Assembly: GCA_011620135.1 (NCBI GenBank)
Contig: WOZS01000040.1
Location: 5,341 to 62,395 of the forward strand
Direction: 5' to 3'
From: Gammaproteobacteria bacterium
Lineage (GTDB): Bacteria > Pseudomonadota > Gammaproteobacteria > WOZS01
DNA length: 57,055 nt
The notes beneath the pieces are model-generated. The model worked only from the letters and a program-made list of their open reading frames with translations, was not told the DNA's origin and did no database searches. Below are positions 12,273 to 22,404 of the stretch, piece by piece; the stretch's first letter is position 1, and the number at the start of each line of letters is the position of its first letter. The position numbers and the translations under genes were made by a program.

Positions 12273-13448
12273 ATGACCGCCCCGACCCCCCTGGGCAAGG
12301 TGATGGCCTGGGGGGGCATTGGCGCGCTGCTGGCGGTGCTGGCCTGCCGCATGATGGCTGTGTTCATCGCCTATCCGGTGCTGGCCACCTACGCCCATGG
12401 CCTTGCCGGCAGCAACACAGCACGGGTCGGTCTGGCCCTGGGCGCCTATGGGCTCACCCAGGCGCTGTGTACCCTGCCGCTGGCCATGCTCTCCGATCAC
12501 TTCGGGCGCAAGCCGGTGATCGGCTGCGGGCTGCTCCTGCTGGGTCTGGGCAGCGTCATGGCGACGCAGGCCCATCATATCGGCACGCTCATCGCCGCCC
12601 GCGCCATGCAGGGGTCAGGGGCCGTGGGAGCCAGCATCATGGCTGCACTGGCCGATCTTTCTCCAGGCAACTCCAGGACCATGGTCATGGCTGGTGTCGG
12701 CATGGTGATGGCCGTTTCATTTGCACTGGCCTTTCTCCTGGGCCCTCTCTTGGCCGCCCATGGCGGTCTCTCCACTGTCTTTTGGTTTACCGCCGCCATG
12801 ACCGGGGTTGCCATGCTGGCGTTGCTGCTGGCCGTTCCCCATCGGCCGGCGGGCATGGCGCGGCGCACCGTGGGCAGCTTGCTGGGCCGGGTCTGCGTGG
12901 ACCTGTGGCCACTGCACGCCGGCATCGCCATGCTGCACATCTCGCTTGCAGCCGTCTTCCTGGTGCTGCCGGCCATGCTGCATGCAAGCGCTCCCCATCT
13001 GCACGGCACCATGCTCTATGGCTGTGCCCTGCTCATCTCCTTTCTCATCAGCATGACCGGCATTGCCCTGGCGGAACGCGCCCGGCGCACCACGCTGCTT
13101 GCCGGCAGCGCCGTGGCTGCGCTGTGTATCGGCTGTCTGCTGCTGGCCTGGCACCATGGTCTCGTCATCCTGGTGCTGGGCATGGTGATCTATTTCAGCG
13201 GCTTCAATGCCCTGGAGGCCTTGCTGCCGTCGCTGACCTCGCGGCGCGCCCCACAGCCGGCCGTGGGCACGGCCATGGGGGTGTTCAGCACCTTTCAGTT
13301 CCTGGGCATTTTCATTGGTGGTGCGCTGGGGGGCCTGGTGGCGGCATACAGTGTCTGGCTGCTGCTGGTCAGCATGGCCATCCTGCCCTTGCTGTGGTTT
13401 GCCGTAGGCCAAAAAGGGCTTGCCGTACCGCAAGGACCTGCCATCTAG
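12273..13448 (+). CDS. MFS transporter (YajR-like)
   Basis: GAYGLTQA, LSDHFGRKP motif A, GFNALEALLPSL, G.AMGVFST.QFLG.F.GG; conserved uvrA-MFS-ssb order. Confidence 0.9.
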   Translation: MTAPTPLGKVMAWGGIGALLAVLACRMMAVFIAYPVLATYAHGLAGSNTARVGLALGAYGLTQALCTLPLAMLSDHFGRKPVIGCGLLLLGLGSVMATQAHHIGTLIAARAMQGSGAVGASIMAALADLSPGNSRTMVMAGVGMVMAVSFALAFLLGPLLAAHGGLSTVFWFTAAMTGVAMLALLLAVPHRPAGMARRTVGSLLGRVCVDLWPLHAGIAMLHISLAAVFLVLPAMLHASAPHLHGTMLYGCALLISFLISMTGIALAERARRTTLLAGSAVAALCIGCLLLAWHHGLVILVLGMVIYFSGFNALEALLPSLTSRRAPQPAVGTAMGVFSTFQFLGIFIGGALGGLVAAYSVWLLLVSMAILPLLWFAVGQKGLAVPQGPAI

Positions 13449-13522
13449 GTGCCGATGGGGCGCTGCCTGGTGCAGGCGGCCAGCCGCCATCTTGGCGATT
13501 GCCAGAGCTGGTCCTCGATGTG

Positions 13523-13531
13523 TGGTATGAT
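13523..13531 (+). promoter_or_regulatory. Candidate extended -10 promoter element upstream of ssb
   Basis: TGgTATGAT about 90 nt upstream of ssb; no well-spaced -35 seen. Confidence 0.35.
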
Positions 13532-13617
13532 GAGTATTGAGAGGAATTGGCCATGCTCATCAGCTGGCCGTGACCACTCCCCACACCTTCTTCCTGACTT
13601 CTTGATAGGCAGCATGC

Positions 13618-14058
13618 ATGGCACGAGGCATCAACAAGGTCATCCTGATTGGCAACCTGGGTGCTGATCCCGAGGTCCGCTCCACGCCTTCTGGGCACAC
13701 CATTGCCAACCTGCGTCTTGCCACCACCGACAGCTGGCGGGATCGCCAGAGCGGTGAGCAGCAGGAACGAACCGAGTGGCATCGTGTCGCCCTGTTTGGC
13801 CGACTGGCGGAGATCGCCCAGCAATACCTGCACAAGGGCTCCAAGGTCTATGTGGAAGGACGCCTGCAGACCAGGAAATGGCAGGGTCAGGATGGTGTCG
13901 AGCGCTATACCACCGAGATCGTCGCCAATGACCTGCAGTTTCTGGACAGCCGTGGCTCGGCTTCCGGGGCTGCAGGGGCCACGGGTTCCGGTGCTGCGGC
14001 TTCTCCTCCGGGATATGACCTCCCTCCCGACGAGTTTGATGAGGATGTGGGCTTTTGA
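13618..14058 (+). CDS. ssb: Single-stranded DNA-binding protein
   Basis: [37 protein letters not shown], acidic tail FDEDVGF. Confidence 0.98.
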   Translation: MARGINKVILIGNLGADPEVRSTPSGHTIANLRLATTDSWRDRQSGEQQERTEWHRVALFGRLAEIAQQYLHKGSKVYVEGRLQTRKWQGQDGVERYTTEIVANDLQFLDSRGSASGAAGATGSGAAASPPGYDLPPDEFDEDVGF

Positions 14059-14182
14059 GACCCCGATGAATTCCATGTTGCCCAGCGGGCAGGAAGGAAG
14101 TGCAGACGGGCAGCTCCCCGGTGGGACTGTTACCGCCCCCCCTGGGGGTCGACAGGAGGCCAAAGGAGGCCAGGACCGTGGC

Positions 14183-14956
14183 ATGGAGTTGCCTGGAATG
14201 AAACAGCATACCTTGCGAGAGTTCGACCAGGACCTGGAAACCGTGCGTGGTCATGTACTGACCATGGGCGGTCTGGTGGAGAGCCAGGTGGAACTGGCCC
14301 TGCGCGCCCTCACCCAATGCGATGGTGAGTTGGGGGTGGAGGTCAGCCAGCGGGACTATGCCGTCAACAGCCACGAGATCAAGATCGATGAGGAATGCAT
14401 GCAGGTCCTGGTGCGTCATCAGCCGGTAGCGGTGGACCTGCGCCTGGTCATCGCCTCGTTCAAGATCATCAGCGACCTCGAGCGTATCGGGGACGAGGCG
14501 GGCAAGATCGGTCGCCAGGCCACCGCCATGGCCGCTGATCGCGACACCTTTCGGGGTTATGGCGATGTGCGCCATCTGGGGCGCTACGTCCGGGAGATGC
14601 TGCACGATGCCCTGGACAGCCTGGCTCGCACCGATGTCGAACTGGCCCTGCAGGTCATCGACCGCGACGACGAGGCCGATCGTGAGTATGAAACCATCAT
14701 TCGCCAGCTCAGCACCTACATGATGGAAGACTCCTCCACCATCGGCGAGGCAGTCTCTGTCATGTGGGTTGCCAGATCCCTGGAACGCATCGGAGATCAT
14801 GCCCGCAATATTGCGGAGCACGTGGTCTTTTTCGTTGGCGGCCATGATGTCCGCCATCAGGACCCAGAGATCATGCGCCAGCTGCTGGAACGACAGACCC
14901 AGCGGCGCGGCGCAGCCCTGTCGGGGAATGCTGAGGATGGCGATTTTTCTCGATGA
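14183..14956 (+). CDS. phoU: Phosphate signalling protein PhoU
   Basis: MGGLVE.Q, QPVA.DLR, SDLERIGDEA, RSLERIGDHA.NIAE repeats; start 14183 or 14198. Confidence 0.95.
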   Translation: MELPGMKQHTLREFDQDLETVRGHVLTMGGLVESQVELALRALTQCDGELGVEVSQRDYAVNSHEIKIDEECMQVLVRHQPVAVDLRLVIASFKIISDLERIGDEAGKIGRQATAMAADRDTFRGYGDVRHLGRYVREMLHDALDSLARTDVELALQVIDRDDEADREYETIIRQLSTYMMEDSSTIGEAVSVMWVARSLERIGDHARNIAEHVVFFVGGHDVRHQDPEIMRQLLERQTQRRGAALSGNAEDGDFSR

Positions 14957-15008
14957 ACCATCACCCCCTCACCCAGGAGGCATGCCCCGCCACATCCGGC
15001 CGGCCACC

Positions 15009-15689
15009 ATGCCCATCCTGGCGCTGACAGGGGCCTCGGCCAGGCTGTCGGTGGCCGTGCTGACAGGCTCCCGATGCCTGTGGCAGGATCTGCCGGCACG
15101 TCACAGCGAGTCCTGTCTCGACGTGGTGGATGCCCTCTTGGACGAGGCAGGGATCGGCCTGAAGCAGCTCGACGCCATCGCCTTTGGCGAGGGGCCAGGT
15201 TCCTTCACAGGGGTGCGTCTCGCCTGTGCCCTGGCCCAGGGACTGGCCATGGCCATGGATCTGCCCCTGTGCCCGGTCTGTGATCTCACCGCCCTGGCAT
15301 GGCTTGCCCTCCTGCAGAATGCGGCGGCCACCCAGGTGGCGGTGGCCATGGATGCCCGACAAGACGAAATCTACTGGGGGGTCTTTGCCTCCACGGCAGG
15401 GCAGCCGGACAGCATCCAGCCCCTGCAACCCATCGCCCTGCTGCAACCGCACCAGGCCACCCTGCCGGCCCCTGGTCCCTGGCTTGCAGCCGGCGATGGT
15501 TGGGCCATCCATGACCTGGGTCATCTGACCATCCAAAGACCCCATCCCCTGGTAGAGGCGGCCCGGGCCGATGCCACGGCCCACCTCGCCCGATGCGCCA
15601 TGGCCATGGGGCAATGGGTCTCACCCACCGAGGCCCTGCCGGTGTATCTGCGCCCCGATCCTTTGCAGCGGGAAGCGCGCCATCCATGA
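15009..15689 (+). CDS. tsaB: tRNA threonylcarbamoyladenosine biosynthesis protein TsaB
   Basis: LDAIAFGEGPGSFTGVR, MDARQDEIY, C-terminal PVYLR; alternative start 14982. Confidence 0.92.
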   Translation: MPILALTGASARLSVAVLTGSRCLWQDLPARHSESCLDVVDALLDEAGIGLKQLDAIAFGEGPGSFTGVRLACALAQGLAMAMDLPLCPVCDLTALAWLALLQNAAATQVAVAMDARQDEIYWGVFASTAGQPDSIQPLQPIALLQPHQATLPAPGPWLAAGDGWAIHDLGHLTIQRPHPLVEAARADATAHLARCAMAMGQWVSPTEALPVYLRPDPLQREARHP

Positions 15690-15714
15690 CCCCCACCTGG
15701 GCCTTGCCGATACC

Positions 15715-16320
15715 ATGCTGACAGACAGCCTGTATCTCGAGGCCATTGCCCTGTTGCAGTCCTGGCAGCAGGAAGCGGCCCGTCATGAGGAACTCGCCGA
15801 GGCGGCTGCCCTGGCCACCGTGGGGGATGCCGGTGACCCGGAGGTGCGCATGGTGCTCATCAAGGCTATCGACCCAGCCGGGCTTGCCTTCTTCACCAAC
15901 CGCAACAGCCGCAAGGGCCAGGATTTGGCCCACCAACCGCGCTGTGCCCTGGTTTTTCACTGGAAGAGCCTGCATCGCCAGGTGCGTGTCGCCGGCACCA
16001 CCTGCAGGCTTGACGAGGAGGAAAGTGATCGCTATTTTGCCAGCCGCCCCCGCTTGAGCCAGTTGGCCGCCTGGGCCTCGGAGCAGTCCCAGCCCCTTGC
16101 CGCGCGCCACCTGCTGGAACAACGTCTGGAAGCCTACGAGCAGCATTTTGCCGGGCAGGCTGTTTCCCGCCCAGCCCATTGGGTGGGTTATCGGATCGCG
16201 CCACACCGCCTGGAATTCTGGCAGGAGGAACCCGGCCGTCTGCACAGGCGCCAACTGTACCATTGCCAACTGTCCCATCGAGACAGGGCTTGCTGGGAAA
16301 GCATCCTGCTGCAGCCATGA
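15715..16320 (+). CDS. pdxH: Pyridoxine/pyridoxamine 5'-phosphate oxidase
   Basis: LATV, RMVLIK, FFTN..SRKG, RQVRV.G, YFASRPR.SQ..AWAS.QS, EFWQ....RLH.R, LLQP. Confidence 0.95.
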   Translation: MLTDSLYLEAIALLQSWQQEAARHEELAEAAALATVGDAGDPEVRMVLIKAIDPAGLAFFTNRNSRKGQDLAHQPRCALVFHWKSLHRQVRVAGTTCRLDEEESDRYFASRPRLSQLAAWASEQSQPLAARHLLEQRLEAYEQHFAGQAVSRPAHWVGYRIAPHRLEFWQEEPGRLHRRQLYHCQLSHRDRACWESILLQP

Positions 16321-16414
16321 GCAGCTTGGCATCTGTCATCACCCTGTCATCAATCGAGGTATAGGCTCTAACGTAGCGTCCGTAGCGTCTGTCCTGACCC
16401 AGGAATTTCCAGCC

Positions 16415-18352
16415 ATGGCCACCCCTTCCTTGTATACCGAGCGGACAAGCAAGATGGAGACACACCATAACGCGGGGCACACCCTGTTCAGGATCCTCGA
16501 GCGGGGAGGGCTGCGCCTGTTCTTTCAGCCCATCTGCGCGCGTCAGCAAGATAATTCATATACCATTTTTGGTCATGAAGTCCGTATGCAAGGCCCAGCT
16601 CCCTGTGCCTTAAGGACGCCGCAGGGTCTCCTGCACATGGCCAGGGAATATGGCATGCTGGATACGATATTCAGGCAAGGCAGCCTGACCGTGGTCCGGC
16701 GCTTCCTGAAGACCTGGACGCACCAGGTGCGCATGCGCCTGTTCCTCTGCCTGGATGTTGGCGGGGCATCGCCCGGCATGATGGACATCGCCTCTTTACT
16801 CGATCCCCTGCTCGAGGCTGGTCTCTCACAGGACCGCCTGGTGATTCATCTCTCTGCTGGTGCGGAGACCTATGGGGTAGCGGGATGTCTGGAAGAGCTT
16901 GCCCAGGGTGTGCGCCAGGTGGCACATGGCGTGGCACTGGCCCTGGACGAACTGGGTATGACCTATGACGAAGCACTGCGCCTGTGGCAACGCCATCGGC
17001 CGGAATACATCGTCCTGAGCCCATACACCACCTGTCACCTTGCCGGAGAAGGCGAGGACCACCAGACGGCCAGCGCCTTTGTGCGCCGCGCCACATCTGT
17101 GGCCCATCATGACAACGGCATGGTGCTTGCCCAGGGCGCTGACAGCGCCCTGCTATTGACTGCCATGGGCAAGCTTGGGGTGAACCTGTTTCAGGGAAGC
17201 GCGGTTGGTATGGCCGCGAACCGGCCGCCCATGTCCATGATGACGGCGCCCACCAGGCTGCCTGCTGATGTAGCCAGCGACATCACCACCTCCATCCAGG
17301 ACACCATCGCTGATATCCTGCAAGAGGCGCCGCACATCACACCATCCACCCGCATGAGCGAGACGGGGGAAGTCTTTCACAAGCACCCAGAACTGCGCTC
17401 AGTGGCGGTGGTGGATCCGGAGACCGAAAAGCCCGTTGGCATCATCCGGCGCAATCAGTTTCTAGAGATCATGGGTACACAGTATGGACGCGACCTGTAC
17501 GGCAAGAAGAAGGTCAGCCATTTTCTCGATTCCCATCCCAATGTCTTCGAACGCAACGCCACGCTGGAGGAAGTCGGCCAGGTGCTCAGCGCCTCACAGG
17601 ATCTGGAGGTCGATTTCATCATGACCGAGCAGGGGCGCTACGCTGGCATCGGCAGAGCGCATAGCTTGCTGGAAAAGATCATCAACCTGCGGGTCAACAA
17701 GGCCCGTTACATGAACCCCCTCTCCGGGTTGCCTGGCAATGTGCCCGTCCAGGAAACGCTGCGCAAGCTCCTGGGAGCAAAGCGCCCCTTTGCGGTCTGT
17801 TATTTCGATCTGGACAATTTCAAGGCATTCAATGACGTCTATGGCTATAGCAGCGGCGACCAGGCCATCCTGTTGTTGGCGAGGGTGCTGCGCGCCAGCG
17901 CCGACCCAACCATCGACTTCATCGGCCATATCGGTGGTGATGATTTCATCGCTTTTTATGAAAGCAGCGATTGGGAACAGCGCGTTCGCGTCGTCATGGA
18001 CCGGTTCGTTGCAGAGGCACGCAACCTCTACTCCGAGCAGGACAGACAGCGTGGTTTCATCGAGGCCACCGATCGCCAGGGCAACCCGGCCACCTTTGCG
18101 CTGTTGTCGTTGTCGGTGGCGGCAGTCCTGCCGGACCCAGGGGTCAACTGGACCGTGGACGACATTGCCCGCTTGGCCGCGGAGGCCAAGCATGACGCCA
18201 AGGCGATTCCAGGGGCGAGCCTGGTCATCCATCCCTGCAATAAGCCTCATCCCGAACGGCGCCAGGAGCGCAGCAGTCTTCCCCTCAAAACGGGCGCAGC
18301 GGCTGCAGGCCATGCTCAGGCTGGCAGCATCACAGAGTCCGGCACTGCCTGA
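16415..18352 (+). CDS. EAL(degenerate)-CBS-GGDEF domain protein
   Basis: FQPI start of EAL-like domain, CBS pair, NPLSGLPGN, YFDLDNFKAFNDVYG, GHIGGDDF; start 16415 or 16454. Confidence 0.88.
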   Translation: MATPSLYTERTSKMETHHNAGHTLFRILERGGLRLFFQPICARQQDNSYTIFGHEVRMQGPAPCALRTPQGLLHMAREYGMLDTIFRQGSLTVVRRFLKTWTHQVRMRLFLCLDVGGASPGMMDIASLLDPLLEAGLSQDRLVIHLSAGAETYGVAGCLEELAQGVRQVAHGVALALDELGMTYDEALRLWQRHRPEYIVLSPYTTCHLAGEGEDHQTASAFVRRATSVAHHDNGMVLAQGADSALLLTAMGKLGVNLFQGSAVGMAANRPPMSMMTAPTRLPADVASDITTSIQDTIADILQEAPHITPSTRMSETGEVFHKHPELRSVAVVDPETEKPVGIIRRNQFLEIMGTQYGRDLYGKKKVSHFLDSHPNVFERNATLEEVGQVLSASQDLEVDFIMTEQGRYAGIGRAHSLLEKIINLRVNKARYMNPLSGLPGNVPVQETLRKLLGAKRPFAVCYFDLDNFKAFNDVYGYSSGDQAILLLARVLRASADPTIDFIGHIGGDDFIAFYESSDWEQRVRVVMDRFVAEARNLYSEQDRQRGFIEATDRQGNPATFALLSLSVAAVLPDPGVNWTVDDIARLAAEAKHDAKAIPGASLVIHPCNKPHPERRQERSSLPLKTGAAAAGHAQAGSITESGTA

Positions 18353-18358
18353 GCAAGG

Positions 18359-20347
18359 CTAGAAGCTCAGCTCGCGCAACAACCGCTCCTTCTCGTCAGG
18401 GCCTGGGGAAGGGCCGTAGTGTAGTGCCACATAGGCATTGGTTACCCGCCAGATGGCTCCTGCCAGGTCGGGATACCGTGTCGCTGCACGCTGGGCAAAG
18501 GTCACCGGGCCTTCCCATGGTTGCGGAGGACAACCGCGACGTGCCATGGCCCGGCAAAAATGGCCATAGCGCCTGCTCACCACATGGCTGCGGGTCCAGC
18601 GTACGCTGCCCAGCCAATCCAGCGTGAGTACGCCAAGCAGCACCATGACCACCATGAGCATGGCGATCTCCTGGCGGGACAGGCCGCCGAGGCGCAGCCA
18701 GGATAACGTGGCGCGCTGCCGATCAGCGCCATAGGACAGCACCCAGTCATTCCATGCGGTATGGATCGCATCCCAGCCCAACGCCAAGCGCTGCACCAGG
18801 CCGGCGTCATTCATCAGCCAATGCAACATGGGGCCGTCCTCGGCCCCGCGGTTGCCCGACAGGTCCAGCCGCCCGCCGTCTGTGATCCCGATCCAGGCCA
18901 CAGGATCCAGCCGCAGCCAACGCCCGTCCACATGAGCCTCCACCCAGGCATGGGCGCTGCTCTGGCGCACGAGCACATAGTGTCCCCACGGGTTCCATGC
19001 CCCACCATGGTAGCCGGTGACGATGCGGGCCGGCACTCCGGCGGCACGCAGCAGGAAGGTCAGCGCCGAGGCGTAGTGTTCACAGAAACCACTGCGGGTA
19101 TCGAACAGGAAGGCATCCACGCTGTCTTGGGTCGGGGCGGCCCCGGGCTCGAGGGTATACTGGAAATGACCGGCCTTGAACCAGTGGCGAGCGCTCTGGA
19201 TCACCCGATCCGCCGGCTGATTCTGCCAGCGCTGCGCCAGCTGGCGGGCCCGCGGGTTCCCTGCCTGCGGCAGGCGCAGCGCGCGCTGCTGGACGGTTGC
19301 GGGCAATGTCCCTGGGGCGATGGCCGGCACGGAGAGCGCCTGATAACGCCGCCGCTGCCACAGCGGCCAGGCGTTGCGCAAGGAGCCATCCCGCAGCGTG
19401 CTCCCCGGGACATCGCTGGCCAGAGGTACATCCAACGCCAGGAGCCAGGGTTGCCCAGAGGGTTCAATGATAATGGTCTGCTGCCATCCCTGGCCGGCTT
19501 TTTCCGGCAACGTCCTGGGCGCCGGTGTGTCGGTGCCCTGGCTCAACGCACCCTGGCGCCAGGTATGACCATCGAAATCCCACAGGACCGGCCCGCGCCA
19601 ATAGAGCGTTTCTGCAGCCATGTCGTCCGGGATCTCGGCGCGCAACACCACCTCGGCCGACAGGGCCAGGGAACGGATGGCATCGGGCGCCATCTCCTCG
19701 CTCAGACCGCTCAATGCTTCATGCTGCTGGGGGAGACGGCCCCACAGGGGCCCTGGCAACCTGGGGAACAGGATGAAGCAGATCAGTGCCACAGGAACCG
19801 CCTGGGCCAGCGTCACCAGCGCTATCCGTGCGCAGGTTGGCCATGGCAGCAAGGAGGGATGCTGCTGCAGTTGCACCAGCATGATCGTATCGAGGCAGGC
19901 AAGCCCCAGCACCAGCACCGCCATGGGCAACGCCTCATTGTTGATGAAGACCGCTGCCAGCATCAGGTACACCACCACCACCAGCACCAGCAAGTCGCGG
20001 CGGCCGACACTCTCTGCGGCCTTCAGTCCCGAGGCGGCTACCAGCAGTCCGGTCCCGAACTCCTGGCTGAACCACTGGCCTACCTGGATACGAAGGCCAG
20101 CCACGATTCCTGCGGCCAGAAGAGCGACAAACCAGCGTCTTGGCACCGGCCAGGGCAATGCAGTGGCCGCAAGCCGCCAGAGCACCGCCGCCGCCGCAGC
20201 CCCGATCAGCCACAGTGGGGCCTGACCCAGATGGGACAACTGAGCCAGCAAGACCAGCACCAACATGCTCCGCCATAACCAGGTCGTGGTGACCCGCCCG
20301 GCAGTAGGGCGTGACGGATCCCAGATAGGGGTCGCCGGGATGGTCAT
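18359..20347 (-). CDS. DUF3488 membrane transglutaminase-like protein (TgpA family)
   Basis: Multiple TM helices, LFPRLPGPLW, LYWRGPVL..FDG..W, catalytic GFCEHYA / HAWVE / DP; ATGA overlap with upstream gene. Confidence 0.92.
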   Translation of the reverse strand: MTIPATPIWDPSRPTAGRVTTTWLWRSMLVLVLLAQLSHLGQAPLWLIGAAAAAVLWRLAATALPWPVPRRWFVALLAAGIVAGLRIQVGQWFSQEFGTGLLVAASGLKAAESVGRRDLLVLVVVVYLMLAAVFINNEALPMAVLVLGLACLDTIMLVQLQQHPSLLPWPTCARIALVTLAQAVPVALICFILFPRLPGPLWGRLPQQHEALSGLSEEMAPDAIRSLALSAEVVLRAEIPDDMAAETLYWRGPVLWDFDGHTWRQGALSQGTDTPAPRTLPEKAGQGWQQTIIIEPSGQPWLLALDVPLASDVPGSTLRDGSLRNAWPLWQRRRYQALSVPAIAPGTLPATVQQRALRLPQAGNPRARQLAQRWQNQPADRVIQSARHWFKAGHFQYTLEPGAAPTQDSVDAFLFDTRSGFCEHYASALTFLLRAAGVPARIVTGYHGGAWNPWGHYVLVRQSSAHAWVEAHVDGRWLRLDPVAWIGITDGGRLDLSGNRGAEDGPMLHWLMNDAGLVQRLALGWDAIHTAWNDWVLSYGADRQRATLSWLRLGGLSRQEIAMLMVVMVLLGVLTLDWLGSVRWTRSHVVSRRYGHFCRAMARRGCPPQPWEGPVTFAQRAATRYPDLAGAIWRVTNAYVALHYGPSPGPDEKERLLRELSF

Positions 20348-21324
20348 GGCCGAAAGCACGCCAGAGCCAGCAGGCATTCCCGGCAATGGCGCACCCCGGA
20401 GCCTGGGGCAATGGATGTTTTGCCCAGGAGCAAGGCATAGTCCATGCCCTGTTCCTCACAGGAGAGCACCATAGCGCACAGCCAGGAGAGCCTGGTTTCC
20501 AGATCAGCCATCGGTAACGCTTCCAGGGACAGAATCACCGTTCCGGCAGCCTCACCGCCACCCATCATCTTGCTGACCAGTGCCTCGCGTCCCGCCGAAC
20601 GCTTCCAGGCAATGCGCCCCCTGGCATCACCCCGCTGATAGGGTCGCACCCCCTCCAGCTCATTGCCAGACACGGTTGCGGCAGTCAAGAGGCCTTCCTG
20701 GTCGTTCATGGCGGTGGCCCACTGCCGCATTGGACAGACGATGGGGCGGGGATACACCACCGCCTGTTGTGCCAGTGAGACATAAGCCCAGACCCGGAAC
20801 AAACCGAAGGGATGGGTGCTGCTGATCACCGCAGGGGGACAGGCCAGCAACCCCCGATGGGAGGTCTGCAGGGGCAGCAAGACCCTCCCGCTGCGCGTTT
20901 CAAGATGGGTCGCCACCAGGGGTCGGCGGGTCCATCCCAGGTCGATGCTGTACCGCGGTCTGGCTGATTCATGGCTCAGTACCACTGGCCATTGCAGCGT
21001 CTCGCCACAGAACACCTCCTGCGGCACCTGGATGGCCATCTCCAGCCCCAGAAGATTGCGATGGGTGCGATGCATAGCCAGCAGAAAGAAGGCGCCCAGC
21101 CAAAATGTCATGACAAAGAGCATATTGGCGCCATAGTTGAGTGCAGCCAGGAGCAAAACGGCCAGCAACAAGGCAAACACCATACCGAACCAGGTGGGCA
21201 GGATATAGAGGTTGCGCCAACCCAGCATCCTCCTGGTGACCGGCTGGGCTGTCCGGCGCAAGGCCCAGCGCTGGAAACGGGCTTCCAGGCGATCCATGGC
21301 CGATGGCCTCTTCTGCCGGACCAT
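20344..21324 (-). CDS. DUF58-domain protein
   Basis: LYILPT..G, ALNY, HPFGLFR.W, VYPRP, GVRPYQRGD....IAWK; between MoxR and TgpA. Confidence 0.9.
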   Translation of the reverse strand: MVRQKRPSAMDRLEARFQRWALRRTAQPVTRRMLGWRNLYILPTWFGMVFALLLAVLLLAALNYGANMLFVMTFWLGAFFLLAMHRTHRNLLGLEMAIQVPQEVFCGETLQWPVVLSHESARPRYSIDLGWTRRPLVATHLETRSGRVLLPLQTSHRGLLACPPAVISSTHPFGLFRVWAYVSLAQQAVVYPRPIVCPMRQWATAMNDQEGLLTAATVSGNELEGVRPYQRGDARGRIAWKRSAGREALVSKMMGGGEAAGTVILSLEALPMADLETRLSWLCAMVLSCEEQGMDYALLLGKTSIAPGSGVRHCRECLLALACFRP

Positions 21325-21327
21325 GGC

Positions 21328-22263
21328 TCAGCGCACGGGCACGCTGTGCAGCAGTTCCTGGATGGCCATGCCTTGCCCTCCTGTGGTGACCAGGCGATGG
21401 GCTGCCACTGGCTCGAAGACCGCCTGTATATCCTCGGGCAACACATGGGAGCGCCCTGCAAGCCATGCCCAGGCGCGCGCGCAGCGCAGCAGCGCCAGTC
21501 CGGCCCGGGGTGAGAGCCCAAGGCGAAAAACACCACTCTCCCTGGTGGCCGTCACCAGGGCCAGGATATAGTCGATCACGGGCGAGGCCGCATACACCGC
21601 CCCCACATCTTCTTGGATGGTCAGCACCATGCGCTCGTCCAGGGCGGCCTCCAGGTCGTCAAGCGAAGCCTGACTACCATTGCGCTCCAGCAATTGATGC
21701 TCCACCCGCCGATCCGGATAGCCCACGTGCATGCGCATCAGAAAACGATCCAACTGGGATTCCGGCATGGGGTAGGTGCCCAGCTGTTCTATGGGATTTT
21801 GGGTGGCGATCACGAAAAAGGGTTGTGGCAAGGGATGACTCACCCCATCCACGGTGACCTGGTGCTCTTCCATGGCTTCCAGCAGGGCACTCTGGGTCTT
21901 GGGGCCGGCCCGGCTGATCTCGTCCACCAGCACCACCTGGGAAAAGACGGCTCCTGGATGAAAGACAAACCGTTCCTGATCCCGCAGATAGACGGAAGCA
22001 CCCAGTATGTCGCTGGGCAGGAGATCAGCGGTGCATTGCACCCGGGCAAAATCCAGACCCACAGCCCGGGCCATGGCCCGGGCCAGGGTGGTCTTGCCGA
22101 CCCCCGGAATGTCCTCGATGAGCAGGTGGCCCTTGGCAAAAAGGCAGGTGAAGGCCAGCGTGATCTCATGGTCCTTGCCCAGCACCACATGTGCCACGTG
22201 AGCCATGGCGCGACGCGCGGCCTCGAGCCTGTGGTCAGCGGCTTGCCGGGCGATGTGCCCCAT
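21328..22263 (-). CDS. MoxR-family AAA+ ATPase
   Basis: HLLIEDIPGVGKT, DLLPSDILG, DEISRA.PKTQSALLEAMEE, FFVIATQNP.EQ.GTYP.PESQLDRF. Confidence 0.96.
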   Translation of the reverse strand: MGHIARQAADHRLEAARRAMAHVAHVVLGKDHEITLAFTCLFAKGHLLIEDIPGVGKTTLARAMARAVGLDFARVQCTADLLPSDILGASVYLRDQERFVFHPGAVFSQVVLVDEISRAGPKTQSALLEAMEEHQVTVDGVSHPLPQPFFVIATQNPIEQLGTYPMPESQLDRFLMRMHVGYPDRRVEHQLLERNGSQASLDDLEAALDERMVLTIQEDVGAVYAASPVIDYILALVTATRESGVFRLGLSPRAGLALLRCARAWAWLAGRSHVLPEDIQAVFEPVAAHRLVTTGGQGMAIQELLHSVPVR

Positions 22264-22404
22264 GTCCTTGTTCCACTTCTTTCTTCTTCCACACCTAACT
22301 CATGGCATTATATGATACCGCCTTGGGCGATAGGCCCCATGGGGCAGGCTTCCCCCAACGTTGCGTTATCAATTGCATGATCAACCTACAGGACCAGTTG
22401 TGCC

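Noticed and set aside
12207-12578. Long N-terminal extensions in the ORF track for uvrA, the MFS, phoU, tsaB, petC, rsmB and the amidohydrolase
   Set aside because: They overlap neighbouring real genes; homology begins at downstream starts, which were used instead.
14085-14110. SRP (4.5S) RNA suggested by GGAAGGAAG..GCAG
   Set aside because: Lacks the CAGG-stem-GNRA-stem-AGCA helix geometry and the long flanking hairpin.
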